A stretch of 58,587 bases of DNA from the IMG/VR virus record IMGVR_UViG_3300024259_000036, positions 1-58,587 of that record. One strand, given 5' to 3'. Positions 1-8,941 of the stretch are shown in pieces; the first letter of the stretch is position 1; each line of letters opens with the position of its first letter. The notes under the pieces are model-generated. The model was not told the origin of the DNA, did not search any database, and saw only the letters and a program-made list of their open reading frames with translations. The stretch is from a virus. Its lineage: Duplodnaviria > Caudoviricetes. Position numbers and translations under genes: made by a program.

Positions 1-54
1 GTAACCACCTTCATGTCCTAATGTAATATTATATGCTATTTTAAAATCTGCCAT
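1..54 (-). CDS. Partial (5' end) glycoside hydrolase family 108 endolysin
   Basis: Minus strand reads MADFKIAYNITLGHEGGY, the typical GH108 N-terminal EGGY motif; AGGAG RBS upstream; runs off the window. Confidence 0.7.
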   Translation of the reverse strand, partial: MADFKIAYNITLGHEGGY

Positions 55-274
55 ATTTATTTTTTATATTGTTTACTTCTCCTTTAAATGTGTTATAATA
101 GATTTATCGTCACGCAGCGGGGAGCAAGCAGCAAATAGAGCAGTATATTCCTCCTCCATATATTTCCTCCTCCAGAGAATATTTCCTCCAATATAAGAAT
201 TCCTCCATTAAAGGATTTCCTCTACCATATTTATATTATTTATATAAAGAATAAGAAAATTATAAGAAAGCAAT

Positions 275-313
275 AAAAAATCCCTATACCAAAATAAGCT
301 TGGTATAAGGATT
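275..313 (-). terminator. Intrinsic terminator after Ro60 gene
   Basis: Minus strand ATCCTTATACCAA..TTGGTATAGGGAT followed by a T-run. Confidence 0.7.
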
Positions 314-349
314 AATATTTGGATGAAGAAAAGAAGAGGAAGAATCACA

Positions 350-1942
350 TTACAGTTTTATTTCTTTAATTTCATCCAAGGAAGAACCACCTTGTTCAAT
401 ATTACTCATTACATTAAAGATTTTTTCACTCCACCCTGAGATTAAATGAACATTATTATCCCTCATGTCCAATGGTGAACCACCATACCCACTTAAATCA
501 AACAAATATAACTTAGTCTTAGGTGAAATACTTCTATACCTATACCATAATCTGTTAATAGAATTTTTATCCCTACTATTAGAATTCCACATTTGACAGT
601 CAGTGAATATCATAATACGATCATATTTTGTCTTGGTTTTTAAACACCAATCCAAGACCTTCCAGCCATTAGTTGAATAACCTACTTCACCCTCCCGTTT
701 ATGAACTTCATTAGTTGCTTCCAGTATGTTATTAGAAGGTAAATCATCCAATACTTTCCATGTATCACCAAACATACCGACAGTTGCGTTGGCGCATCTG
801 TTTTGTAGTAACATTGCTAATAGTGTACCAATATCAAACAATTGTGTGGTTCCTCTTTCTGAAAAGGTATGTTGCATTGAACCAGATACATCAGTTGCTA
901 TCAACACATCCTCACCTGTGAACATTGGGATATTTTCCACAGAAATACATACTGCTTTTTCTAATGCTCTCAGCAGAGCCGGATGACAATTTTCATTTTC
1001 ACTAGTAGCATAATCATTCTCACCCCAATACATATTTCTAGCAGGATTTTGTCCCAATGCTCTATAAGCAGATAAGAATCTGAAAGGTAATTGTTTGGAT
1101 CTTTTTACTTGTTCATAATCTGACAACCTTTCAGCAACTTTATAGATATGTTCATTAGAAATTCCTTCCTTAACAAAATTTCTAAGGTTACGCAACATAG
1201 CCATATAACCCATCTTACCTGAATCAATCATATTTTCCCATACTTCTTTTTTACTTCCTTTGATCTCACCAGCCATTGACATTTCCACTTCCCAAGTATA
1301 AGGAATATCCAGATCATTATTTGCTAACTTATTAAACAGATCCTTTTGTTCTTGATTTTGTGGTTTAGGATGTGAAAGAAACAAAGCATCACGCAACTTA
1401 ATTTCAGTTTTCCTATTATACTTAGCAAGTTGATATTCATTGAACTTACCTGATTCAAATAAATCTTTAATACCTTTATTCATTTGATTGGATAGACCAT
1501 GAATAGTCTTGTAAGTAGTATGGTTACCTTTAGTTTTAATAACCTTAGGTTCTTTTTTATTAGCTTTAACATAATAGGATAACAATTCAGTGATTTCATC
1601 TGCACGTTGGACAACTCTTTTAGTTAAACGTCTAATAAGATCATCATTACCTTTATATATTTTAGTCAATTCAACTGCTAACACTAAAGGAATTGATCTC
1701 AAATACATCTTTTCCCTTGCATATACAGCCAATTGTGCAGCAAATAAAGGATCTACATTGCGTAAAGCAGTTTTGATCTTATTTAATTGGTCATTGGTAT
1801 TTGGAACATAGAACTTAGGTTGTAACGCAGAAGTGCAAACCATAGAATAGAGTTCCATTTCAGGTGTCAATTTGTATGAAGAGTCACCTTCGTGGTTTAT
1901 ATCTAAATACTTTTTTGATGCGGATACATTGAATCTTGCCAT
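350..1942 (-). CDS. rsr: Ro60/Rsr TROVE-domain RNA-binding protein with C-terminal vWA domain
   Basis: TROVE motifs (YAREKMYLRSIP, YQLAKY, LRDALFLSHPKP, TWE, GYMAMLRNLRN, SKQLPFRFLSAY) and vWA MIDAS DVSGSM..FTD. Confidence 0.93.
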   Translation of the reverse strand: MARFNVSASKKYLDINHEGDSSYKLTPEMELYSMVCTSALQPKFYVPNTNDQLNKIKTALRNVDPLFAAQLAVYAREKMYLRSIPLVLAVELTKIYKGNDDLIRRLTKRVVQRADEITELLSYYVKANKKEPKVIKTKGNHTTYKTIHGLSNQMNKGIKDLFESGKFNEYQLAKYNRKTEIKLRDALFLSHPKPQNQEQKDLFNKLANNDLDIPYTWEVEMSMAGEIKGSKKEVWENMIDSGKMGYMAMLRNLRNFVKEGISNEHIYKVAERLSDYEQVKRSKQLPFRFLSAYRALGQNPARNMYWGENDYATSENENCHPALLRALEKAVCISVENIPMFTGEDVLIATDVSGSMQHTFSERGTTQLFDIGTLLAMLLQNRCANATVGMFGDTWKVLDDLPSNNILEATNEVHKREGEVGYSTNGWKVLDWCLKTKTKYDRIMIFTDCQMWNSNSRDKNSINRLWYRYRSISPKTKLYLFDLSGYGGSPLDMRDNNVHLISGWSEKIFNVMSNIEQGGSSLDEIKEIKL

Positions 1943-2180
1943 AACATTTTACTCCTTAGAAAGCTAAAGGGGTTTAAAAATAATGTTAACCTTTTCTTGA
2001 AAACTACTTAGACGGGCAACTTAGTCATATTTCATCATCAAGAAAATACTTTAAGTTATATACATTATACAATCTGATATTGCCAAATCGTTGTATAACT
2101 TCAAACTTCTAAGTATTGAACCAAGGCTCTTAAACGATATAACCGTCATTATATCATTTTTCGGTTCAAGGGGATAAAAT

Positions 2181-2351
2181 GGGGGAGACAATAACCATCA
2201 AGAGTAATAAGTAAAGGGCATTTAAAAAGTCTGCCCCTGGACTTTGGCACAGTTACTATTACACTGATCGGCTAACGCTCCGAGTAAGCGGTTAAAGGTT
2301 TAAATGATATTCTATTTTATATGAAGTATCTCCTGATAACGGTACTCCCCC
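2181..2351 (-). ncRNA. Y RNA-like element A (171 nt)
   Basis: GGGGGAG/CTCCCCC terminal stem, internal loop TACCGT/GTTATTGT, second stem ATCAGGAG/CTCTTGAT, then TACTTCA; upstream of Ro60. Confidence 0.75.
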
Positions 2352-2359
2352 GTATAATT

Positions 2360-2472
2360 TAGGTTGTGAAATGAACAAAAATTCTGTTATTAGTGCCACC
2401 AGGCTTACACTGGGATCGAACCAGTACCATTCATTATCAGTTGAAGTAGGAATTTTTTACGTCAACAACCTA
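2360..2472 (-). ncRNA. yrlA: YrlA-like Y RNA with tRNA-like module
   Basis: TAGGTTGT/ACAACCTA stem, second stem, TACTTCA, T-arm ACTGG-TTCGATC-CCAGT followed by D-loop-like GCCTGGTGGC. Confidence 0.8.
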
Positions 2473-2486
2473 TATTTTTAAAATTG

Positions 2487-2562
2487 TAGGAGAAACAATT
2501 AACATTTAGAAAGTTTTTTCGTATCCAAGTATGAAGTATTTCTAAATTACAGTATTCTCCTA
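2487..2562 (-). ncRNA. Y RNA-like element C (minimal, 76 nt)
   Basis: TAGGAGAA/TTCTCCTA stem, TACTGT/GTTAATTGT loop, ATTTAGAAA/TTTCTAAAT stem, TACTTCA. Confidence 0.75.
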
Positions 2563-2567
2563 AGAAC

Positions 2568-2575
2568 TATTTATA
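2568..2575 (-). promoter_or_regulatory. T4-type late promoter for Y RNA/Ro60 locus
   Basis: TATAAATA on the minus strand 5 nt before element C. Confidence 0.6.
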
Positions 2576-2613
2576 TAGTAACATAAGTAAATAAAAAAGT
2601 AAACATATTATTT

Positions 2614-3405
2614 TTAAATTTGATGATCGTTTGCTTTTTCATCTACTTCCTTACCATCCTCATCCATAAACATACCTGATTCCTCTAAATATTTTAACTC
2701 CTCCTCTAATGTTCGTTCCTCATTAACATCCAGCATGTCCAGATAATCACCTTCACCATTCTCAAAGTAAAAATCTTCTGCGCCATATACACCACCATAA
2801 CCATAAGCGTTTTGTTTAAGATTACTCTTAGGGAACACTGATACAGCCTTCTTAATGTTTTCCTCAATTACTTTATTAAAGGCTTCCTTATCGTAATCAA
2901 CATCAATCTTCAATTTGACCACGGCTTTAACAATCTTCAATGAACCACATGGAGTTTTCCATCTCATTTGTCCATTAATTCCCTCATTGGAGATACAGAG
3001 GGAGATGTCATTGTTTTGATTAATCCAATTATCATCTGTTCCTGAAAATCCATTACCCATACCATGATGTGAATGAATTACTCCTATGATAGGCATCCTA
3101 TTACAAATAGAAGAATCAATATCTGTAACACTTCCAGCACTCACATGCTGTTTAGGAATATAAATATCTGTAATAGTAGTATCTTCACCTACCAGATAGG
3201 CTAACCATTCAATATTTTTAAACTTTTCCATAAGATATTCAATTTTATCCTTAGACAAAGGATTAATAAAAATATCAATAGTTTCAGGAGCCTTACTACA
3301 ATCAGAAATCATATCAATTTCAGTTTCCCAGCAAGTTTCCTTAGGTACAAAAACTTTAACTTCCTTTAATTTTCCTTTTTTATTTGTAGGTAGAAATCCC
3401 ATCAT
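2614..3405 (-). CDS. JAB/MPN+ metallopeptidase (deubiquitinase-like)
   Basis: IEWLAYL glutamate plus GVIHSHH..FSGTD (HxH-x7-S-x2-D); acidic C-terminal tail. Confidence 0.85.
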   Translation of the reverse strand: MMGFLPTNKKGKLKEVKVFVPKETCWETEIDMISDCSKAPETIDIFINPLSKDKIEYLMEKFKNIEWLAYLVGEDTTITDIYIPKQHVSAGSVTDIDSSICNRMPIIGVIHSHHGMGNGFSGTDDNWINQNNDISLCISNEGINGQMRWKTPCGSLKIVKAVVKLKIDVDYDKEAFNKVIEENIKKAVSVFPKSNLKQNAYGYGGVYGAEDFYFENGEGDYLDMLDVNEERTLEEELKYLEESGMFMDEDGKEVDEKANDHQI

Positions 3406-3477
3406 TTTTTATCCTTTCTTATTCATTTTTAATTTTATTATATCACAATTTTTTAATATGTAAACATAAATACCATT

Positions 3478-4149
3478 ATGTATGGATTAATATATAAAGC
3501 AACTAATATCCAAAATGGTATGTCCTATGTAGGACAGACAACTAAAACCTTACATAGAAGGAGAACCACACATATATGTAGTTCGAGAAAACCCAAAACA
3601 TACTTTCATAATGCCCTTCGTAAATATAATGAAAAAGAATTTGAATGGTCAATAATAAAAGAATGTAATAACCAAAATGAGTTAAATAATTCTGAAATAT
3701 ATTATATTAAAGAATATAACACTCTTGCTCCTAATGGGTATAATCTTACAGGTGGAGGATATAAAAGTCCTATGATAAATCCATCTAAGGAGACTATTAA
3801 AAAACATAAAAAAGCCTGTAAGAAAGCTAATCGAAAATTTAAAGGTAAAAATAATTGTATGAAAAAACCTGAAATCATACAAAAACATAAAAAGGCTGTT
3901 AATAACAAAGAAAAATGTCTAAAACAAAGTAAATTTATGAAAATTAATAATCCTAATAAAAACCCTCAAGTCATTAAAAATAAATGCAAACATGATATAT
4001 ACATATTATCACCTTTAGGTATTAAATATCATGTCACGAACCTTAAAAAATTCTGTAGAGATAATAACTTATGTTATGTAAGTATAAGGAATCGAATAAA
4101 TCATAAAATAAAGAAAATAGATTATAAAGGTTGGTTATTACAAGAATAA
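3478..4149 (+). mobile_element. GIY-YIG homing endonuclease
   Basis: GLIYKATN..YVGQT, FHNALRKY, E..YIKEYNT..PNGYNLTGGG. Confidence 0.9.
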
Positions 4150-4716
4150 ATCCTCTACATTACATCCCACTTCTTTGTTTTCATATTTCATAATCTTAGC
4201 GACTGCTAGTGCTGCTATAATACTTGCAGGAACTACCCAAGAGGGTGTAATTTGGTATCCATCCTCTGCTTCACCCCATTCAGCTACAACTTCATTTAAA
4301 GACATGCTAAGACCATCGTACCCAGCCTTGACATATCTGGCACCCATAGATTTTGCAATCTCTTGGTTATTAAGTTGGGATTCATAATTATCAGTGCAAT
4401 CAATGACCCAGTCTGTTTTGGCGGCATTAAACTTTTGATACTTAAAAGGTCTAGTAGTGATATTACAATTAGGTCTTAACATTTTCACTACCATACCAAC
4501 CATATCTGCTTTATTTTTTCCTATAAATTTCATAGGAATATCCAAACGATTAAGGTTGGATTCCTCAACTATATCATCGTCATAGACATAAATATCTTTG
4601 ATACCAGACATAGCCGCAAATTTACCTACCCAGAAGCCGATGCCACCTGCCCCGATAATTGAGATGCTCATATCTGTATTAAGGTCTAATTTCTCCTGCC
4701 TCTCATAGAATCCCAT
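4138..4716 (-). CDS. ThiF/E1-like adenylyltransferase (192 aa, start MGFYERQ)
   Basis: IIGAGGIG, DDDIVEESNLNR, GKNKA, DCTDN; ATG at 4716 directly after the upstream stop. Confidence 0.9.
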   Translation of the reverse strand: MGFYERQEKLDLNTDMSISIIGAGGIGFWVGKFAAMSGIKDIYVYDDDIVEESNLNRLDIPMKFIGKNKADMVGMVVKMLRPNCNITTRPFKYQKFNAAKTDWVIDCTDNYESQLNNQEIAKSMGARYVKAGYDGLSMSLNEVVAEWGEAEDGYQITPSWVVPASIIAALAVAKIMKYENKEVGCNVEDLFL

Positions 4717-4717
4717 T

Positions 4718-5578
4718 TTATGTGCTCCAAATATTATCTCGTTGAAAGTTATCGTTAATACCAATGGCATCTGACTTCTTATTAGAGGTACTGAACAAAT
4801 CCACATCATCTTGTTTTTTAGCTTCACTATGTTTTTCTAATGTGGATGCTCTCATCAATCCTCTAGGTGACTGACTTGCCAATGAACCCATATTAACTGT
4901 TTCCAAAACAATCTCTGCTTGCTTTGCTATGTCAATGATATCATCAGGTGTTTCCCATTTTTTAGGCCAAACCCATCCACCCCAACAGTTATGATGATAA
5001 TGTTGAAAATGATCTAATCCAATAGGTTTCTTAACAGTAACATTCATTACCTTATCACCCATTGTTTCGACACAAATAAGAACATGATGAATCAATCTCC
5101 TTGAATATTTAGGATCAATAATCCTATCATTGATATACTTAGGCCAATATACTGCTTGCATCAGCCACAACAATCTTCCATCATCATATCCTTTGGAAAG
5201 TGATAATCCTTGTTTTGTGTGCTGATAAGTAATGTCAGGCATCAAGTTAGCAGAGTTCAATTTTCTATCCAGATCCACTTTTTTTGATTCATATTCATTC
5301 TTAACAGTGGATACAAAATCGGACATTTCATCAAGTTTTTGTTTTACAGTCTTACCGATTTGCATTAATCTTTTAGAAAGTTTTTCTTTCAATTCTGCTC
5401 TAATATCATCTTCAATATTACAGTCAATTTCCTCTTGAACGGTGAATTTCAGGATTTTACTTCCACTTCTGACCTGAAATCCATCAACCTTTAGATCATC
5501 AATATCAACACTATTAAGTTTATTCAGAACACTTTCCATAGTATCGTTAATTTTATCTTCTGTTTTAATCATTATCAT
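4718..5578 (-). CDS. Putative prokaryotic E2-like protein with N-terminal coiled coil
   Basis: HYHHNCWG resembles the E2 HPx..CxG active-site region; lies between Ubl and E1. Confidence 0.55.
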   Translation of the reverse strand: MIMIKTEDKINDTMESVLNKLNSVDIDDLKVDGFQVRSGSKILKFTVQEEIDCNIEDDIRAELKEKLSKRLMQIGKTVKQKLDEMSDFVSTVKNEYESKKVDLDRKLNSANLMPDITYQHTKQGLSLSKGYDDGRLLWLMQAVYWPKYINDRIIDPKYSRRLIHHVLICVETMGDKVMNVTVKKPIGLDHFQHYHHNCWGGWVWPKKWETPDDIIDIAKQAEIVLETVNMGSLASQSPRGLMRASTLEKHSEAKKQDDVDLFSTSNKKSDAIGINDNFQRDNIWST

Positions 5579-5680
5579 ATACCTTTATATTAAGTGTTGC
5601 TCCCCCACCGTAGCAACAATCCCTGTGAACCTAATTCAACTATTTGGATTAGAGTTCTTAACACCAAAAACTTTTAAAGG

Positions 5681-5959
5681 TTAACCTGCAATGTCATACT
5701 TCAACAGCTCAATCTTATCACCTTCGGCCACAAGTTCAGGTGCATCTGATGGCAGGATTTCCTCACCATTCAATACAACACGAAATTTACCCAAACCGGC
5801 TTCCTGTGCGATACCACCGATTGCACTTCTGAAACTGGTACCAGCATCAACATCAATTCTGGAACCATTAACAAACACAAATGGATCTGATCCTTCAACC
5901 TCATCCACTTCCAATCTCGCATCTTCATCTGGACTATTGTCCCAATATTCTTCACTCAT
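5681..5959 (-). CDS. Ubiquitin-like beta-grasp protein ending in Gly
   Basis: FVFVNG..FRVVLNGEEI..GDKIELLKYDIAG*; first gene of the Ubl-E2-E1-JAB run. Confidence 0.8.
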   Translation of the reverse strand: MSEEYWDNSPDEDARLEVDEVEGSDPFVFVNGSRIDVDAGTSFRSAIGGIAQEAGLGKFRVVLNGEEILPSDAPELVAEGDKIELLKYDIAG

Positions 5960-6026
5960 TTTTTGTTCCTCCCTTTTGATTTTTCCTTATTATACATTGA
6001 TAATAAGAGATTGTAAACTATTTATT

Positions 6027-6776
6027 TTATAAATTTTCTTCCATCATTCTACTCATTAGGTAATATTTTTCTTCATCTTCCTTCTCGGCGAGTAATATAC
6101 CCATATCTTGTTTCCTCATATAGGAAAAACTCATTTGGAACTCATCTGCGTTTCCATTCACAACTGCCATCAGATCCAGAAAGTTTTTATAATCGAACCT
6201 CAAGGATAGATCATCAACATCCTTGATATCAACCAGATCCAATTTCAATCCATTTGAAAATCTATTGGTTCTATCGGTTGTTTCAATATTAAAGACATTC
6301 TTTTCCACATTGAAATATACATCTCCGAACTTTGAACCGATCTTCTTAATCTTCATAAAGGCATTGACGAAATCATCATCCACATCAAGTGTAATGAACC
6401 TTTCAGTTTCTTTAGCATCTGTTTCAAACACACTTACAATTTCAGGTGAACAGAAATGGATATTGGATCGTTGTCTTCCACTTGATATGATTATCTTATT
6501 CTCTTTGAATGTAACATTTGCTTCATCTTCATCAATGAGATTAAGAAAAGGCATAAGCTGCTGTAATGGTTGACTAAAGTTCATTTCAATTTCTTCTGCT
6601 TTTTTCAAATTCATCATATCGTTTGGAATGTTAAGTCCTACAACGGCATCCCGTCTTTCAGATATCATATTTGAATTAATTGTATCTTTTGTAAAATCCA
6701 ATCTCACAGAATCAATGCTAAAATTAAGTGTTGCTTTTTTTAACACCTTTTTAAATTCTTCCACATTAAACTTCAT
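6027..6776 (-). CDS. Sliding clamp (gp45-like)
   Basis: 249 aa acidic beta-rich protein ending KYYLM.., downstream of clamp loader subunits. Confidence 0.7.
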   Translation of the reverse strand: MKFNVEEFKKVLKKATLNFSIDSVRLDFTKDTINSNMISERRDAVVGLNIPNDMMNLKKAEEIEMNFSQPLQQLMPFLNLIDEDEANVTFKENKIIISSGRQRSNIHFCSPEIVSVFETDAKETERFITLDVDDDFVNAFMKIKKIGSKFGDVYFNVEKNVFNIETTDRTNRFSNGLKLDLVDIKDVDDLSLRFDYKNFLDLMAVVNGNADEFQMSFSYMRKQDMGILLAEKEDEEKYYLMSRMMEENL

Positions 6777-7138
6777 TAACTATTCCTCCTTATTTGTTTT
6801 ACCAACATCATTGCTTCTCTTTTGGACAGACCCCGTTCAGCCATTTCAGTTTTAATATCTTTATCAAATTGTTTATCCTTAGGGGACTGTTTGGGCCACT
6901 TCAAATATCTTTTCCCTTTAGGTACTTTATCCATATAATACTTGTATATTATATCATCATCCAGACCAAATTGTAAACCATTTATATTATTAACTATATC
7001 AATCAAATTACTGTCCAAAGATAAAAACATAGATAACATATAAGCATTTGCAGCCTTCTTATCATAATCATATTTTTTTGTTTTGAATTTAATCTGATTA
7101 AGTATATCAAACAGATTAACCTTTTTAGTCTCTGACAT
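6776..7138 (-). CDS. Clamp loader small subunit (gp62-like)
   Basis: NLFDILNQI..YMLSMFLS..IVNNIN..YKYY..VPKGKRYLKWPK pattern. Confidence 0.75.
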   Translation of the reverse strand: MSETKKVNLFDILNQIKFKTKKYDYDKKAANAYMLSMFLSLDSNLIDIVNNINGLQFGLDDDIIYKYYMDKVPKGKRYLKWPKQSPKDKQFDKDIKTEMAERGLSKREAMMLVKQIRRNS

Positions 7139-7547
7139 TGATTATATCCCTTGTTGATAGTGCTACCAGACCAAATCCCTCTTTGATCCAAGCCTGTATA
7201 ACATCGTTAGATATTACAAGTTCCATATTCATAGGATTATTCCAATACTTCATCATCTTATTAAAATTATTTCCTTTGATATACTTGTCTACGATCATTT
7301 TACCTTTTAAAGGACGTTCTAAATAATCTCTAATTAAATGAAGTCTTCCTGCCTTTTCAGCATCATAACCCCACATACCTTTTATACATTCTAATCCATA
7401 AGTATTGTGTCTAAATGTTCTATGATAATCATTAAAAAAACTTATAGAAAATAATTTCGCATATTCATCTAACCATCTATGAACCTTCACATGCGGTTCA
7501 CCTATAAGGTTCATACAATCTTCTATATGCTGTTCAATCATTGCCAT
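7125..7547 (-). CDS. Hypothetical protein (His-rich, VHRWLD..HRTFRH)
   Basis: ORF in operon context. Confidence 0.6.
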   Translation of the reverse strand: MAMIEQHIEDCMNLIGEPHVKVHRWLDEYAKLFSISFFNDYHRTFRHNTYGLECIKGMWGYDAEKAGRLHLIRDYLERPLKGKMIVDKYIKGNNFNKMMKYWNNPMNMELVISNDVIQAWIKEGFGLVALSTRDIINVRD

Positions 7548-7709
7548 TTTTTACTTCCCAATATTTTTTAAAGATTTCTCTCTTTGTTAGAAGGTCTAGT
7601 CTCAGTCGTTCTTTCTCTTCGATACTCCAACCATCATAATTCATAAAACTTTCAAATTCAACTCTTGTGAATTCAAGTTCCTCTTTGAGATATCCTTCTG
7701 GCCATACTT

Positions 7710-8606
7710 TCATATCATTCTACCCTTCATCATCTTAATGACCATATGAATAAAATTAATCTCTTTGATTGCCATACTATCATTACGATAAAGATGTTCA
7801 CCTATTTCTATAATAGCATCTCCAGGTGAACTAAAATCTCCCACATTTTCAAATAGAAACTCATACAACCCAGCATAATCAATGACATTAGACTTTAAAG
7901 TTTTTCTTAATCCTTCAAGATTACTACCTTTCAACTGCTCCAGAATAATTTTGAAAGTATCCTCTGATTTGGATATAACATCACCTTTAAGAACACCATC
8001 AATGGTATTCTCTTGGAGACTCCATACAGTCTTTCTAATATCAGGATGACATTTTTTAACAATACTCATTAAGGTTTGTTTGTTATACTTGACTCTCTCA
8101 GATTTCAGAATATTTTCACAAAACTTGAAAATCTCAACTCCAGGTGGGTTTGCCATCTCCATTACTTGACAACGGGATTTAATTTCAGGAATAAATAGAT
8201 GTTCATAATTGGCGAGTAGAATAAAACGGGTAATCTTTTGAACATCTTCCATCAACTGTCTTAACATCTTTTGGGCACCTTGTGGACCAGATGATAGACT
8301 ATCCGCTTCATTTAATACAACAATTTTTAATGGTGTTACACCCATTGAGGTTGCAAAGGATTTGATTTTATCCCTCATAACATCAATACCAGTCTCATCT
8401 GAGGCGTTAACCCACAGATAATCCATTTTTGTTTCTCTTAAAAGAATATGGGCAAATGTTCCTTTACCCACACCTGGCTTACCATAGAGTAACAGATTAG
8501 GAACTTCTTTAAAGGCTTTTTTCAGTTTAGGTCTGATATCTTTATTAAGTATAAGATTATCAAAGGTTTTGGGTTCATGAATAAATGTCCAGATATCACT
8601 ATTCAT
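7710..8606 (-). CDS. Clamp loader AAA+ subunit (gp44/RFC-like)
   Basis: GKPGVGKGT Walker A, NASDETGID, NEAD, SRC, PDIRK. Confidence 0.93.
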   Translation of the reverse strand: MNSDIWTFIHEPKTFDNLILNKDIRPKLKKAFKEVPNLLLYGKPGVGKGTFAHILLRETKMDYLWVNASDETGIDVMRDKIKSFATSMGVTPLKIVVLNEADSLSSGPQGAQKMLRQLMEDVQKITRFILLANYEHLFIPEIKSRCQVMEMANPPGVEIFKFCENILKSERVKYNKQTLMSIVKKCHPDIRKTVWSLQENTIDGVLKGDVISKSEDTFKIILEQLKGSNLEGLRKTLKSNVIDYAGLYEFLFENVGDFSSPGDAIIEIGEHLYRNDSMAIKEINFIHMVIKMMKGRMI

Positions 8607-8833
8607 TATTCATCCTCCAACAGTTCCTTCTTATAATCATCAATACCATACAGACTATCATCAACGAAATTCTGTAATTCAGTATCCAAATCTTCCAGAA
8701 TAATATCCAGATCGACATGGAAGTTACCATCATAATCGTTAATATATTTCATTAAGAAATCATCGCTTACCTCACTAGCATCCTTAATTCTTTTGATCAC
8801 TTTTTCTTTAATTGTATCAAACAGTTCATCCAT
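8606..8833 (-). CDS. Small acidic hypothetical protein
   Basis: ORF with AGGAG RBS, coupled to the clamp loader gene. Confidence 0.6.
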   Translation of the reverse strand: MDELFDTIKEKVIKRIKDASEVSDDFLMKYINDYDGNFHVDLDIILEDLDTELQNFVDDSLYGIDDYKKELLEDE

Positions 8834-8941
8834 ATCAAATTGTCTCCTACAAATTTATTTCCTATATTATACAACAATTTCATAGGTTTGTAAACAAAAA
8901 AATACCAGGGAGAATAATTCTTCCTGGTATTTTAATCAGGA

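Noticed and set aside
4717-4827. N-terminal extension of E1 in the ORF track
   Set aside because: Overlaps the upstream gene; ATG at 4716 fits the domain start.
4138-5959. ThiS/ThiF or MoaD/MoeB cofactor biosynthesis
   Set aside because: No thiamine, molybdopterin or sulfurtransferase genes; the Ubl lacks GG; an E2-like gene and JAB are present instead.
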